Shown: one piece after another, positions 24,243-32,740 of the stretch
Position numbering within the stretch: the stretch's first letter is position 1
How the letters are laid out: every line of letters begins with the position of its first letter
Assembly (NCBI GenBank): GCA_947589235.1
Contig: CANQAX010000002.1
Location: 9,054-73,053 of the forward strand
Source: an uncultured Clostridia bacterium
GTDB taxonomy: Bacteria > Bacillota > Clostridia > Christensenellales > Borkfalkiaceae
Length of the DNA: 64,000 nt
Direction of reading: 5' to 3'
Notes under the pieces: generated by a model
Seen by the model: only the letters and a program-made list of their open reading frames with translations
Database searches by the model: none
What the model was told of the DNA's origin: nothing
Program-made: the position numbers and the translations under genes

Positions 24243-26296
24243 GCCTTTTTCTCCTTCTTCCGTCCGATCAGTTCGGACAGGTCGCCGCCGCGCATCACGT
24301 CGGCATAGGCGACATGGCTGTTCATGCGCTCCGCATCGTAGCGGGCGCGGTCGATGACGAGTTCGTTTCCGTTCGAGAGCTTCACCGTCATGCGGCGGAA
24401 GAGCGGAACGCTCGTCGTGAAGTCGGGGCGGGAGGGACACATCTGGTACAGCCCCATCGAGGAGAGCAGATACCACGAGGAGAGCGAGCCGTTGTCCTCG
24501 TCCCCCGGTAATCCCTCGAACCCGTCCGAAAACAGCGCGGAGAGCTCCTCGACGAGCTCCGCCGTCCGCTTCACGTCGCCGAGTTCGCTATACAGGTAGG
24601 GAATATGGAAGGAGGGCTGGTTGGAGATCGCGCACTGCGAGCCCTCGACCGCCATCTCGCTCATCTCGTGGATCTCCGCGCCGTAGCTTCCCACGTCGTA
24701 ATAGACGGGCGCGGCGAGGAGTTCGTCGAGCTTTTCGCGAAGCTTGCCCCCGTAGAGCGCATCGAGCCCCGCGACGTCGTGATAGACGGAGAAGGAGCTC
24801 TGCCACGCCGAACCCTCGGTGTAGTCAAACCCCCAGCGGTAGCTATCGAAGGGCTCCTTGCGGAAGTTGCCCGCCTCGTCCTTCCCGCGCATGAATCCCG
24901 TCGCGGGGTCGAAGAGGTTGCGGTAGTTGCGCGCATAGCCGTAGTACCGCTCGGCGATGTCCTTCTTTCCGAGCTTTTCCGCCGCCCGCGCGATACAGTA
25001 GTCCCCATAGCAGCAGTCGAGGGTCTCGTTGACGCTCTCCTTTGCCGACGGATACGGGATATAGCCGTATTTGCGGTACTGTTCGAGGCAGACCCGCCCC
25101 GTCGCGGGGTCGTCCGAGGGGACTTCCCCGTCCTTCAGCATGGCGGAGAACATCTCCTCCGCGAGCCCCTTCGGGACGAGTTCCTTGACGACGGCGTCGG
25201 CGAGCACCGCCTCGATGAGGTTGCCCGGCATGCAGCCGACGTTGGCGGGGCTCAACCACTTGGGGAGCCACCCGCTCTCGCGGTAGTAGTTCAGAAATCC
25301 CTCCGCCATCTCCGCATACAGCGGGGCGTCCATGAGGGAAAGGTACGGGAAGAGGGTGCGGTAGGTATCCCAGAACCCGTTGTCGGCATACATCACGCCC
25401 TCGGCGGGCTCGCCCGTCTGCATGTTGAGGTGCACCGCGCGCCCCGCTTCGTCCAATTCATAGAAGCGGCGGGGCCACAGGAAGGCATGGAACATGCAGG
25501 TATAGAACACCGCCTTGCGATGTTCGTCCCCGTCCTCGATCTGCACGCGGGAGAGGTAGCGCTCCCACTCCTCCCTCGCGCTGTCGCGGAGCTCTTCCAG
25601 GGAATGCTCCCCGATCTCGCGCCGATAGTTGAGCTTTGCCTGTTCCTCGGAGAGGAAGGAAGTCGCAAGCCCGAACTCGACCCGCTTGGACGAAAAGAGC
25701 AGGGAGACGGCGTTCTTGCCGAATGCCGCCGTGAAGGGCACATCGAGGCGAACCGCGAAGTATTCGCGCAGCTCGCCGCAGGGAACGGGATTGGCGGACG
25801 AGGTCGTGTACCCCGTCACCCAGCCGCCATTCGAGAGGACGAACTCCGTCCTGTCGTCGCCGATGAGGTTGACGCGGTTTTCGCCCTCCTCCGAAAAGAC
25901 AAAGCGGATCTTCGCCCCAGAGTTCACGGGCGCGAGCTCGAAGGTGTAGCGGTCGCGGTAGACGTATCCGCGCTGATACGCGGGCTCGAGGATACAGCCG
26001 CGTGCATCGAAGGCGCTCCACCGCTCGTCCTCGCCGAAAAACAGCTTGCCGCGCTGCCCCGTGATGACGAGGTTGCCGTATTCCCCCATCCAAGGCGAGG
26101 GTCTGTGCGTGAGGCGGATGCCCTCGAAACTCTTGGAATGCGGGGAATAGAACCAGCGGTCGCCCGATTTTTCGTTCTGTATGGTGAAGGACGCCATCCC
26201 GTGCGGAACGGCAGTAAGAGGCAGGACGTTCCCGTTGGAAAACCTGCGCGTGTTGAACGTCCCGAGCCGTGTGTTGACATAGCGGTAATTGCCCAT
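24239..26296 (-). CDS. Glycoside hydrolase family 92 (alpha-mannosidase-like)
   Basis: The protein begins MGNYRYVNTRLGTFNTRRFSNGNVLPLTAVPHGMASFTIQ... The protein is 685 aa. The GN..P....P.GM N-terminal signature and overall layout fit GH92. Confidence 0.85.
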   Translation of the reverse strand: MGNYRYVNTRLGTFNTRRFSNGNVLPLTAVPHGMASFTIQNEKSGDRWFYSPHSKSFEGIRLTHRPSPWMGEYGNLVITGQRGKLFFGEDERWSAFDARGCILEPAYQRGYVYRDRYTFELAPVNSGAKIRFVFSEEGENRVNLIGDDRTEFVLSNGGWVTGYTTSSANPVPCGELREYFAVRLDVPFTAAFGKNAVSLLFSSKRVEFGLATSFLSEEQAKLNYRREIGEHSLEELRDSAREEWERYLSRVQIEDGDEHRKAVFYTCMFHAFLWPRRFYELDEAGRAVHLNMQTGEPAEGVMYADNGFWDTYRTLFPYLSLMDAPLYAEMAEGFLNYYRESGWLPKWLSPANVGCMPGNLIEAVLADAVVKELVPKGLAEEMFSAMLKDGEVPSDDPATGRVCLEQYRKYGYIPYPSAKESVNETLDCCYGDYCIARAAEKLGKKDIAERYYGYARNYRNLFDPATGFMRGKDEAGNFRKEPFDSYRWGFDYTEGSAWQSSFSVYHDVAGLDALYGGKLREKLDELLAAPVYYDVGSYGAEIHEMSEMAVEGSQCAISNQPSFHIPYLYSELGDVKRTAELVEELSALFSDGFEGLPGDEDNGSLSSWYLLSSMGLYQMCPSRPDFTTSVPLFRRMTVKLSNGNELVIDRARYDAERMNSHVAYADVMRGGDLSELIGRKKEKKA

Positions 26297-26325
26297 ATTT
26301 TTCCTGCCTATCCTGATTTGCCTTC

Positions 26326-26354
26326 ATTATAGCTTGGAAAAACGGTTTTGTCAA
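26326..26354 (-). promoter_or_regulatory. Perfect-consensus promoter of the GH92-lacI operon
   Basis: Minus strand: TTGACA (26354-26349), 17 nt, TATAAT (26331-26326). An operator-like sequence fills the spacer. Confidence 0.65.
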
Positions 26355-26373
26355 TAGAAAAAACGGTTTTTTT
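26336..26373. promoter_or_regulatory. Two LacI-type operator-like palindromes overlapping the GH92 promoter
   Basis: GGAAAAACGGTTTTG (26336-26350) and AGAAAAAACGGTTTTTTT (26357-26373). Confidence 0.5.
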
Positions 26374-26510
26374 GCGATAAATTTTTCGTTTTGTACTTTT
26401 TGTGTGAACTTTGAACAAACGGGGGGAACTTTTCCGCCCTCCCCTTTCCGCCCCGCCCCCTTCGGGGGCGACATGACACGATTGTGCGGCGGAGCGGAAG
26501 CCGCACAGGT

Positions 26511-26693
26511 TGTCATTTCGAGCGGAGCGGAGTATCGCACGAGCCGTAGGCGAAGTAGCGGAGCGGAGTATCGCACGAGCATTGGGCGAATGCGCTACGA
26601 AGCGAAGTCGAGAAATCTATGCTCAATAAGGCAGAAATCGACTTTGTAATAAGGTTGAGATGTCTCGACTACGCTCGACATGACATTATTGTA
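26511..26693 (+). repeat. Copy 2 of the structured dispersed element (with an internal duplication of the GGAGCGGAGTATCGCACGAGC segment)
   Basis: It has the same module order as 10304-10455. Confidence 0.85.
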
Positions 26694-26895
26694 TGGCTCG
26701 TTGCGACACTTGCTGCGGCGGGTGGGCACCTCATACCGAGCCCCAAAGGGGCGAGCGTATCTGTGAGCATAAGATTCGCTCGGCTCCTTGCGGAGCATAC
26801 TTCGCGCAGAGCGCTCGTGCCGCCTTACGGCGGGGCGGTATGAGGTTCGTTGCCCCCCTCCACCGGAGGGGGGGGCGTGTGTCGCGACCCGCTGC

Positions 26896-27042
26896 ATAAT
26901 AGTGTCATGTCGAGCGTAGTCGAGACATCTATTCCTTATTAGCAAAGACATTCTCTGCATTATTGAGCATAGATTTCTCGACTTCGCTTCGTAGCGCATT
27001 CGCCCGTGGCTCATGCGCTACTCCGCTCCGCTCGAAATGACA
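26896..27042 (-). repeat. Copy 3 of the structured dispersed element, inverted relative to copy 2
   Basis: The reverse complement reads GTCATTTCGAGCGGAGCGGAGTAGCGCATGAGCCACGGGCGAATGCGCTACGAAGCGAAGTCGAGAAATCT... Confidence 0.85.
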
Positions 27043-27202
27043 GCCTGTGCGGCTCGTGCGCGCCGAAAGGGGTGTAATAGCGGTGAGGCAAGCCTTCCCC
27101 CCTCGGGGGGAAGGTGTCCCGAAGGGACGGATGAGGGACAGAAAAACCCGCCGAAATGCGCCAATGGGGTGCAAAAATCCCCCCGCAGCATTCCGCTGCG
27201 GG

Positions 27203-27336
27203 AGGATTTGCGATGACCTTACTTCTCTTCCGCTGTCCCCTCAATTTCCGACTGCGCGTCCGAATCGGGGGGATCCGCGATGACCTTATTTTCCTTCCGT
27301 GGTCTCCTCGATTTCCGACTGCGTGTCCGAGCCGTC
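27203..27336. repeat. 67-bp tandem duplication covering the 3' end of the symporter-like gene
   Basis: GCGATGACC anchors sit at 27210 and 27277. The two copies are roughly 85% identical by eye. The distal copy encodes ...SEIEGTAEEK* versus the genic ...SEIEETTEGK*. Confidence 0.8.
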
Positions 27337-28347
27337 GGTGCCTTCCGAAGCGTCCAAAACATCGGAACCTTCCAAGGCTTCCGAGCCTCCCGAACCTTCC
27401 TCCGCTCCGTCGCCAGATGATGAAAGCACGCCTTCCGAACCGTCCGGCACCGCCTGTTTTCGCTTCCTTCGCTTGAAGATCTTCGTGCGGAACAGAATAA
27501 GCGTGAATACAACAAACGCAACAAACAATACGGCAAAGGTTATGATGGATTCAACGAGCCCCTTCGGACAATACCCCAAGAAGAGCAGCAGCCCCCCGCC
27601 GAAGGCGATGGCGGGCAGACCCGAATACACCATGTTCGCGGAGGCGGGCGTCTCGAGCTTGGGGTCGATTTCGCGTAAAAGGATCATGCCGTTGCTCGCC
27701 GTGCCCGTGAGCATCCCGAACATCGAGATGAACCCCTCGTGTTCGTATCCCTTATAGATGTGGTTGGAGACGAGGCGGATGTAGGCGAACGTCGTTCCGC
27801 CCGCGAAGCCGTAGTCGTTCTCGAAGAGCTTGCCGTAGTTGAGAGCCTGTCCCGTGCCCTGCCCGAAGCCGAGCGCGAGCAACACGCCGCCCGCCGCGAA
27901 GGAGAATCCGCCCGCGACGACGAGGAGAATGGTGATGCCGATGCCGAGCATCGCCTGCATGGAATAGACGCCACCCTGAAGGACGCTCGATTCGAGCACC
28001 GCCTTTATGGTGGTCCGCCTGTTGCCGCCCGTCTTTTTGAGCGCCGTCGCGATGAACCCGAGCGCGAGGCAATGATAGGTGATGATCTCCATGAGATCGT
28101 TGTTGATGAAGTTGTTGACGGCGGGAATGAGCTTCAGGAGGAGGACGACGGTCCCGCCGAGGAGGGCGGACGGAATGAGGCTCTTCCGCAGGAAGGGAAT
28201 GGCGCGGCGCAGAATGTTCCCGAAGAGGAGCGCCGCGATGAGAATGAAGATCTGGACGAGCGCGGTCCACACCGAATCCTCCGCAAAGGACGCGACGGTG
28301 AGAAGGTTGGAAAGGTCAGCGCCCGCTCGGATCGAGGTTGAGCCCAT
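27286..28347 (-). CDS. Sodium/glutamate symporter (GltS/ESS) family protein, unusually short, with an acidic low-complexity tail
   Basis: ATG at 28347 after an AAGGAGGTGA RBS. The N-terminal half follows GltS (…LFGNILRRAIPFLRKSLIPSALLGG… GFGQGTGQALNYGKLFENDYGF…). It then jumps to the C-terminal GltS region (…FGMLTGTASNGMILLREIDP…), so the middle appears to be missing. Confidence 0.75.
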   Translation of the reverse strand: MGSTSIRAGADLSNLLTVASFAEDSVWTALVQIFILIAALLFGNILRRAIPFLRKSLIPSALLGGTVVLLLKLIPAVNNFINNDLMEIITYHCLALGFIATALKKTGGNRRTTIKAVLESSVLQGGVYSMQAMLGIGITILLVVAGGFSFAAGGVLLALGFGQGTGQALNYGKLFENDYGFAGGTTFAYIRLVSNHIYKGYEHEGFISMFGMLTGTASNGMILLREIDPKLETPASANMVYSGLPAIAFGGGLLLFLGYCPKGLVESIITFAVLFVAFVVFTLILFRTKIFKRRKRKQAVPDGSEGVLSSSGDGAEEGSGGSEALEGSDVLDASEGTDGSDTQSEIEETTEGK

Positions 28348-29515
28348 AATATTTGTCACCTCCTTTTCTTGCGATTTGTTCGCAGACGCGGTTGAAAAAC
28401 AGGAGATATTTGATGCCGTTGAACCGTTCATCCCCTACGACGATGTAGGACCTGTCCCCCGCATTGAACGAAAATTTGTCGCCGTCATTCGCGCTTCCGC
28501 CGAAGATCTCCGACGTCGAAATGCTCCACTCCCCCACCGAGAGCCGCTCCTTGGTGAGGGCGAGCTTCCCCTCCGCAACGAGCACGCGCTCCTGCGCCGT
28601 CTTGTCGAAGAGGCGGACGCTCTCGTCCGAGCAGAGAATTTCCCGTCTATTGATATCGAACTCCCGCACGTAGCGGAGCTGCATTTCGTACCAGTCGACG
28701 AGCTTGCCGAACGGAAAAGCGGGGTCTACAGACGTCAGGCGGAGATCCTCGCCGTAGGTTGCGGTAAGTCCGCACTCTTTGCAGGAAATTTCGTTCCCGC
28801 GGGAGACGAGAGTGTCCTGCGCGCCGCACTTGGGGCAGACGAAGAGCTCGCGCTCGAGGTATTCCGCGCGATTCTTTGAACGGTACAATTCGCCGCTCTC
28901 CGAATCGACGACCCTGAGCCCCGAGACGATCTCCTCGTACAGTTCGTCATCGCTCATCGCATTGAGCCGCTCGACGGAGATGATCTCCCTGATCCCGCCC
29001 GTATACTTCCCCTTGCGGATCCCCTTTCCCCAGCGCGGCTGTACGCCGTATCCGCCGCGGAAATTGTATAAAATGACGGGGAGCTTGAGAAGCCGCACGA
29101 GCTTGACGACCGAGCGCTCGATGTGGAAACAGCTGTCGTTCCATTGACGGTTGCCCTCGGGGAAGATGGCGACCGTTCCGCCCTCCTTCGCCACCGCACA
29201 CAGCGTGCGGATGCAGGAGATGTCCACCGTCCCCTTCCGTATCTTGATGATCCCGAAGGCATAGAAGAGAAAGCGGATATACCACTTGCGCGACCAGAGC
29301 GCGTTGCTCGCCACGAAGTAGATGGGGCGGCGGATCGTGATGTCGACGAAGGCGGGATCGAGAAAGCTCTGATGATTGGAGAGAATGAGATAGTTCTGCT
29401 TTTTGTCGAGCTTCGCCTTCTTTGTCTTGAAATGATATCTGCGTGCCAAGATCCGCACGACGGGGCGCAATGCGGGGAAATAAAATTTATGTCGGAATTT
29501 GACGTATTTCTTCAT
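28316..29515 (-). CDS. Lysophospholipid (1-acyl-sn-glycerol-3-phosphate type) acyltransferase family protein with a zinc-ribbon-containing C-terminal domain
   Basis: Contains the NHQSFLD (HX4D) and FPEGNR motifs, plus CPKCG...CKECG. The start was chosen at the ATG at 29515 (MKKYVKF...). Confidence 0.85.
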   Translation of the reverse strand: MKKYVKFRHKFYFPALRPVVRILARRYHFKTKKAKLDKKQNYLILSNHQSFLDPAFVDITIRRPIYFVASNALWSRKWYIRFLFYAFGIIKIRKGTVDISCIRTLCAVAKEGGTVAIFPEGNRQWNDSCFHIERSVVKLVRLLKLPVILYNFRGGYGVQPRWGKGIRKGKYTGGIREIISVERLNAMSDDELYEEIVSGLRVVDSESGELYRSKNRAEYLERELFVCPKCGAQDTLVSRGNEISCKECGLTATYGEDLRLTSVDPAFPFGKLVDWYEMQLRYVREFDINRREILCSDESVRLFDKTAQERVLVAEGKLALTKERLSVGEWSISTSEIFGGSANDGDKFSFNAGDRSYIVVGDERFNGIKYLLFFNRVCEQIARKGGDKYYGLNLDPSGR

Positions 29516-29780
29516 TTCCCCCTCCGAGTATATCAATTATATCATACTTTTTGTCAAAAAAACAAACAACCGCCGATAACGCGATCGTGAGCGATGAAGC
29601 GCAGAAAAAAGAGCCTGACCTCATGCGAGATTCCCCTCGTTTCCGTCAAATTGACCTTTTTAACGATGAAACGGCATAACAGGAAGATTGTCGGGCGGCT
29701 CGGCAGCCGCCCCGTCTTTTCGGCGGGTTCCCCGTTCGGCTTTCGCGGAGAAAGACCCCCTTTGTGGGCACAGGAAAAGG

Positions 29781-29806
29781 GCTTATCCCGTGAAGGAATA
29801 AGCCCC
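29781..29806 (-). terminator. Possible intrinsic terminator
   Basis: Minus strand: GGGCTTAT-tccttcacggg-ATAAGCCC followed by TTTTCC. Confidence 0.35.
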
Positions 29807-29841
29807 GAACCACAATGTTGTGTTTTGATTTTGAACGGCTG

Positions 29842-29958
29842 CTATTTCGCCGCCCTCGGATTATTTAACCAACCCGCAAGCGGAATGCGCTCCGTGAATG
29901 CCATATCGTAGAAGCTCGCTCCCTCCGCCCAAAATTTTTCGCCAATGACGTTCTTCAT
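29842..29958 (-). CDS. Possible 38-aa remnant ORF
   Basis: The ORF reads MKNVIGEKFWAEGASFYDMAFTERIPLAGWLNNPRAAK*. It looks like the N-terminus of a larger enzyme. It has no RBS and is followed by the 29781-29806 hairpin. Confidence 0.2.
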   Translation of the reverse strand: MKNVIGEKFWAEGASFYDMAFTERIPLAGWLNNPRAAK

Positions 29959-30192
29959 CGGGGAGAAATCAAGCGCCCCGCTTTCGTTTTTTAATTTCCG
30001 CCGTCACACCCGTTCCCAGCGATTTGATTGCACCGAAACGCAATTCCCACTACTATCTTGATAATTTTTTTCTATAAAAAATGCACCAATAAAATCCTGC
30101 CGAACTTTTTGGAACGCATCCGAATAATCAACCGAAAGGCATCGTGTTTATCCTGTTTCCCCGTCGACCCCCAAATCGGAAACCGCCGAGGA

Positions 30193-32682
30193 TCAAGAAA
30201 CCGCGGATCCAAATTCGAGAGAAGTCATCAATCCCGACATGATTGCCGCCTCTTTTTCCGGACAAATGCACGCCAATATATTTGCCAAAGTGTTGATTAC
30301 TCTATCGATATATGCCCCGGGGCTCTTACGATACAATTCGATGTACAATAGGATAGAATCAGTATAACTTTTCAACGCCTCACTTGTTTTGTTAAATTTC
30401 AGGTACGCATCGCCGAAATGATTGCACGTGCGGGCAAGTTCATTGGAAAAGGAAAACTGCTTATATATTTGCTTGGCAGCGAGATAATTTTCCTCTGCGC
30501 CATTCAGTTCCCTCTTTTGGACAAACAACTCGGCAAAAAGACAATGGATCGCCGCGAGTTCCGCATCCGAACTTTGACCTGCGAATGACAAAATTCTCCG
30601 TTGCATCCGCGCTCCTTCTTTGAGAAATTGTTCTGCTCGATTGAGATCCCCCGTCTGCAAATACAGTTCGGCAAGATTTTTATACGCTTCGACAACGCTC
30701 CTTTCGTTTGCTTCCGGATTTTGCTGTGCCATTTTTTGCCGTATCTTCAATGATTGCAAACACCACGCTTCGATCATGTCCGTATCTATCTTCTTACGAT
30801 AATACGAAAAATCCGTGATTGGAGGATCCTCCTTGTCGAAAACCGCAGCGTCGATTTTTTTGCTACATGCTGCAAACTTTTTCGCATCCTTCTCGTCCCC
30901 GTAATTTGTGTACTCGCGTGACAAGATTTCGCATATCAATTTCAACAGCGACGCAAACGCTTGGGCTTTGTCTCGCTTTGTTTTATGCTGCATGAGCGCG
31001 TAACGCAATTTGAACGCCTCGACAAAATAGCGATCCTTTTGCCTATGCGATAAAATCGCGCAATTGATATGCGCCAATCTGGCACTGATATCGGCCACAT
31101 ATTTTTCATAATCGGCATGCGTTTTTATGAGAATGTTGCATACATCGAGCGCTTCTTTCAGCAAATCTTCCGCCTCGCGGTGCCGATTCGTTTGATAATA
31201 CAGTTCCGCAAGCCAAATATTGATGTCCGCCTTTTTGATCTGCTTTTCATCGGTCTCATCAGCAAAATCGTAAATTATCAATGCGTCGCGGTATAACGCT
31301 TCCGCACGCGCATGCCGATTGAGACAATAATATACTTTGGCGAGATCGATACATGAATCCGCATAGTCGAATTTGAAACTCGAATCTGCTTGAGACAATT
31401 CCCTTCTTATCTGTACGCAACGCGACAAGATATTATCTGCTTCTTGGTATTTGCCGAGTTTATAATATGCCAACCCGCAAAGATTTTCGGCATCTCCTTT
31501 GCGCCTTTTCCCATTGATATCGTCCGTTTTGAAAAACAAATCGAGTGAAAGACAAACCGAGATGCACTTTTCATACTGCGTCTGTTGAAATAAAAATAAC
31601 GCATATTCATACATAACTTTTTTGGGCATCTGCGGGCGGTTTTCGACTTGCTCCACCGCTTTGATATAATTTGCATGAACCTCGTCCCAACGCGCCTGCG
31701 CTTTTAGCGCAAGAATTCGCATACGGTATTCTTCTACGATTGCAATTCTTTCTCCGATAACATTTTTTTCCATCTCATCCAATTCTGCCACGTTGTTCTC
31801 AATATCCGCAACATTCAGCGCTTCGAGAACTCCGTCATAATCGCCAGAATCGAAACACTTGATTGCTTTTCTTATATTATCCGAAATCGCTTTACCGCTT
31901 GTTGTGAGCGATACGATGCTGTTTCCGATATCCAAGATATTCCCCGCCAGTTCATCAATATCTGCTTTCAATCTATCCCTTTCTTTTGCCGCTTTGCTCA
32001 ATTCGCGGTATACTTTGTAATTCCCCTCATCCGCCGCATACATTGCCTGTAATCTTTGGCTATTTTCCACCGCCTTCGTATAGTTCTCCCAAAGTTCGGT
32101 ATATTCTGCATTCTCGGCAAAAAGCGGGATGCGCCCCACCGGGATGATGCTGCTATCGGCGCACACAATAGCGTTGTCCTTCACGGTTATATCGGCTTTT
32201 ACAAAACCGTGCACCTGTAATTGAGTAATGATCCCCAATTTCAATGAATCAATATGCGAGTACTCCCTGTGATAGTGCAACAGTTCCTCATCGATCATGC
32301 GCATTACATTTTTGATTTCTTCGGAGGGGTCCTCATCTGCCGTCGTTTTTTTGAAATATACTACGATCTTCGGCTTGTTGCAAATTCGATTGGAATCGAG
32401 CGCGATCTTAAGTTCGTGAAATGTAACCTCTCCCACCTTATGCCAAAAAATAACGAAGCACATGTCCGAGCCTTGAATGAGTTCATCTAACGATGCTTGC
32501 GATCCTTCAATGCGAATTGAGTGATCCATCGTATCGCTTTCACATTTGTACAACTTGATAAAGATCCCGGATTCTTGATAGATATTGTTCAGTTGGTTGA
32601 TAAAATCGCCTATCGCAAGACGATCATATTCCAAATCCGTGATGGAAGATGCCAAGAAAAATGTTACGGTTTTTTTATCCAT
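30193..32682 (-). CDS. TIR-like/DUF4062-like N-terminal domain + coiled coil + multi-TPR protein (829 aa) in an AT-rich island
   Basis: ORF 30193..32781 trimmed to the ATG at 32682. The N-terminus is MDKKTVTFFLASSITDLEYDRLAIGDFINQL...IKLYKCES...CFVIFWHKVGEVTFHELKIAL...KPKIVVYFKK. A coiled-coil stretch follows (…KAAKERDRLKADIDELAGN…). There are at least 6 TPR-like units (LAYYKLGKYQEADNIL, LAKVYYCLNRHARAEALY, LAELYYQTNRHREAEDLL, LAELYLQTGDLNRAEQFL ...). Confidence 0.85.
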   Translation of the reverse strand: MDKKTVTFFLASSITDLEYDRLAIGDFINQLNNIYQESGIFIKLYKCESDTMDHSIRIEGSQASLDELIQGSDMCFVIFWHKVGEVTFHELKIALDSNRICNKPKIVVYFKKTTADEDPSEEIKNVMRMIDEELLHYHREYSHIDSLKLGIITQLQVHGFVKADITVKDNAIVCADSSIIPVGRIPLFAENAEYTELWENYTKAVENSQRLQAMYAADEGNYKVYRELSKAAKERDRLKADIDELAGNILDIGNSIVSLTTSGKAISDNIRKAIKCFDSGDYDGVLEALNVADIENNVAELDEMEKNVIGERIAIVEEYRMRILALKAQARWDEVHANYIKAVEQVENRPQMPKKVMYEYALFLFQQTQYEKCISVCLSLDLFFKTDDINGKRRKGDAENLCGLAYYKLGKYQEADNILSRCVQIRRELSQADSSFKFDYADSCIDLAKVYYCLNRHARAEALYRDALIIYDFADETDEKQIKKADINIWLAELYYQTNRHREAEDLLKEALDVCNILIKTHADYEKYVADISARLAHINCAILSHRQKDRYFVEAFKLRYALMQHKTKRDKAQAFASLLKLICEILSREYTNYGDEKDAKKFAACSKKIDAAVFDKEDPPITDFSYYRKKIDTDMIEAWCLQSLKIRQKMAQQNPEANERSVVEAYKNLAELYLQTGDLNRAEQFLKEGARMQRRILSFAGQSSDAELAAIHCLFAELFVQKRELNGAEENYLAAKQIYKQFSFSNELARTCNHFGDAYLKFNKTSEALKSYTDSILLYIELYRKSPGAYIDRVINTLANILACICPEKEAAIMSGLMTSLEFGSAVS

Positions 32683-32698
32683 ATCTCTCTTTTGTGTA

Positions 32699-32735
32699 AA
32701 AAGAGGCCGTTTCCTTTCGGAACGGCCTCTTTTCT
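32699..32735. terminator. ppdK intrinsic terminator (bidirectional A-tract/T-tract hairpin)
   Basis: AAAAGAGGCCGTT-tcctttcg-GAACGGCCTCTTTT. Confidence 0.85.
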
Positions 32736-32740
32736 CTTGT

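Noticed and set aside
29594-29911. 105-aa plus-strand ORF between plsC-like and the TPR island
   Set aside because: It has no RBS and mixed composition. It overlaps hairpins and the possible minus-strand stump, and nothing recognisable is encoded.
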